The notes under the pieces are model-generated. The model did not search any database, was not told the origin of the DNA, and saw only the letters and a program-made list of their open reading frames with translations. From Entomortierella parvispora E1425 (lineage: Eukaryota; Fungi; Mortierellomycota), in the NCBI GenBank assembly GCA_020891255.1, contig BQFW01000012.1:2657977-2721976 (forward strand): a DNA stretch of 64,000 bases. The letters are read 5' to 3'. A program made the position numbers and the translations under genes. Positions 62,486-64,000 of this stretch are shown here, one piece after another; the stretch's first letter is position 1, and every line of letters starts with the position of its first letter.

Positions 62486-63630
62486 ATCTCGTGCATCCTT
62501 CTCCTCCCATGAATCGAGCTCACATCTTTCACCTTTTGCGGCCGCCGTCTCAACCGACCCAATGCATCCAACTCGACTCTTACATCAAACATCAGCGGGT
62601 CTTTTGTGCCCCTGTCTTCGTTTTCGCTCTCTTCTTTTCGTGTTGACGCAAGGTTGGGCGTTTCCTCTCGCTTTCTCCTTCCTTTCTCACGCGTTGCTCG
62701 CTACTCCTTCCCTTTGTCGTCAACAACTTCTTTTACATCTAATCATACGGAGAAAGCTCATTCAATCTAGCCATGAACCAGAGTGGACATGCGACAAACG
62801 AGATGCATTTAGGAAACGTGGTCATTAATTCAGGGGCGCGCACTTCTCAGGTAAGTCCTCTCTACCATCAACTGCTAGATTTCTCAGCCCCTTAGGTAGA
62901 GCATGCAGTAGCGAGGAATGAGTCCGTTCCAGGGCAAAGTCACCGCGGTCCCATGTGTTTTGCGCCCTCGTCTCTGCCCTCTTGTTCCTACTTTTGTCTA
63001 GCGTGTACAACTTTTAATAAAAAAACTACGTGACAACTGCACGAGCTGATGTTCTTGTCTACATGCACGATGAGGAGAGTAAAAACTGTTTGAGAGAGCT
63101 GCAAGTTCCTCGCTGAAGTCTCGAGAGAGCAAGCATGCAAGCATGTGTACGGTTCACACTCGGTCTCCTGTTGCTAGTGGATTGTCCTTTCAAGCGCGCA
63201 ACAGTGGTTCTGTCACCCAAAACTGCCGACTTTGCTCTCTTCGAATTGTAAGTGGCTAGCTCTCGGCTCCTATCACCACTTCACTCCTCCATCTTAAGAG
63301 AATTTTTTTTTCAAAAAAAAAGCGAAATCTAAGAACAGCAATTACACATCAACCACCTTGTCACTCACCAGTTTTTCTTCATGAATGTAGACCTCTGATG
63401 AATAGGCACCTCCCCATACGAAAAACACCTTGGTCATCAACGTAGATGTCAAGAAACAGGCGTTCGATTTTCACAAAAAAAGAGATTCAAAAATGCAATT
63501 GCTCAAGATCCACCTTATGGATTGACGATGTTTTTGGCCGGGTGGAATACTTGTGAGGGGAGCTATCTAATACACCATATCTTATGTCTCTACGAAGGAA
63601 AAATGAACACCTTGTTTTTATATCTTCAGA

Positions 63631-63717
63631 AAAGCAGGGCCGAAGCCGGATTCGAACCCGGGAGCAAAAGTAAACAAAGGAACACCTAATAGTCCAGGAA
63701 GTCTAAGCCACCCAAAT
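63631..63717 (-). promoter_or_regulatory. Orphan Pol III type-2 promoter unit (A box + B box + T4); tRNA relic or SINE-head-like
   Basis: Minus strand: TGGCTTAGACT (A-box-like, 63710-63700), GGTTCGAATCC (perfect B box, 63658-63648), TTTT at ~63634-63631. Acceptor and anticodon stems do not pair, so this is not an intact tRNA. Confidence 0.55.
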
Positions 63718-63858
63718 TGCAGATATTTCCTTTTTAGGACAGAACAGAAAGTGCATCTTACGGTCGATCTGAATGGCGCAAACGATGCATAGACGCTCTA
63801 GGACGTCGTTAAACTGTTCAAATACGCGAGTTTAGGGCGAATAAACCCTAAATTAAGG

Positions 63859-64000
63859 TTTAGGGTTTTTAGGGTTTTTTTAGGGTTTTTTAGGGTTTTT
63901 TAGGGTTTTTTAGGGTTTTTTAGGGTTTTTTAGGGTTTTAGGGTTTTTAGGGTTTTTTAGGGTTTTTTTAGGGTTTTTTAGGGTTTTAGGGTTTTAGGTT
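63859..64000 (+). repeat. Telomeric repeat array T(3-7)AGGG, modal unit TTTTTTAGGG
   Basis: About 14 units with the G-rich strand running 5'->3' to the end of the sequence; T6 is the most frequent, including five consecutive units. Confidence 0.95.

Noticed and set aside
61601-62828. Long repeat-protein ORFs (EERCSR, CCISLL, LHLSSL, ARDEMN repeats)
   Set aside because: Open frames on both strands are a by-product of stop-free 18-bp minisatellites; no credible start context or domain.
63631-63717. Intact tRNA gene
   Set aside because: The T-stem lacks one base and the acceptor and anticodon stems do not pair; kept only as an A/B-box relic.

Overview
Right-hand end of a chromosome from an intron-containing, early-diverging fungus, most likely Mortierellaceae (inferred from gene content and the T6AG3-type telomere). 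Bases 1 to ~48.5 kb are a compact, gene-dense block of about 21 protein-coding genes. These include a NIPA Mg transporter, BACE-like aspartic protease, PHYHIP-domain protein, mtHsp70, membrane-anchored M24 peptidase, class I hyaluronan-synthase-like GT2, RPL6, p23/SBA1, BRPF/NTO1, ATG27, DDAH, a Ser/Thr kinase, MOB4/phocein, a Crz1-like C2H2 factor, UBE2S, HSP60, PAM16, EF1-beta, an MMTAG2 homolog and a LigB/DODA dioxygenase. From ~48.9 kb the window becomes a ~15 kb subtelomere. It holds a frameshifted GT10 fucosyltransferase, a small secreted-peptide ORF, decayed gene remnants and three copies of a 31-bp palindromic element. It also holds a probable decayed Fanzor/TnpB-like nuclease C-terminus, degenerate ~600-bp repeats, 41-, 24- and 18-bp minisatellites, an orphan Pol III A/B-box unit, and finally T(3-7)AGGG telomeric repeats (mode T6AG3). 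Exon boundaries were read by eye; family assignments come from recalled motifs, not database searches.
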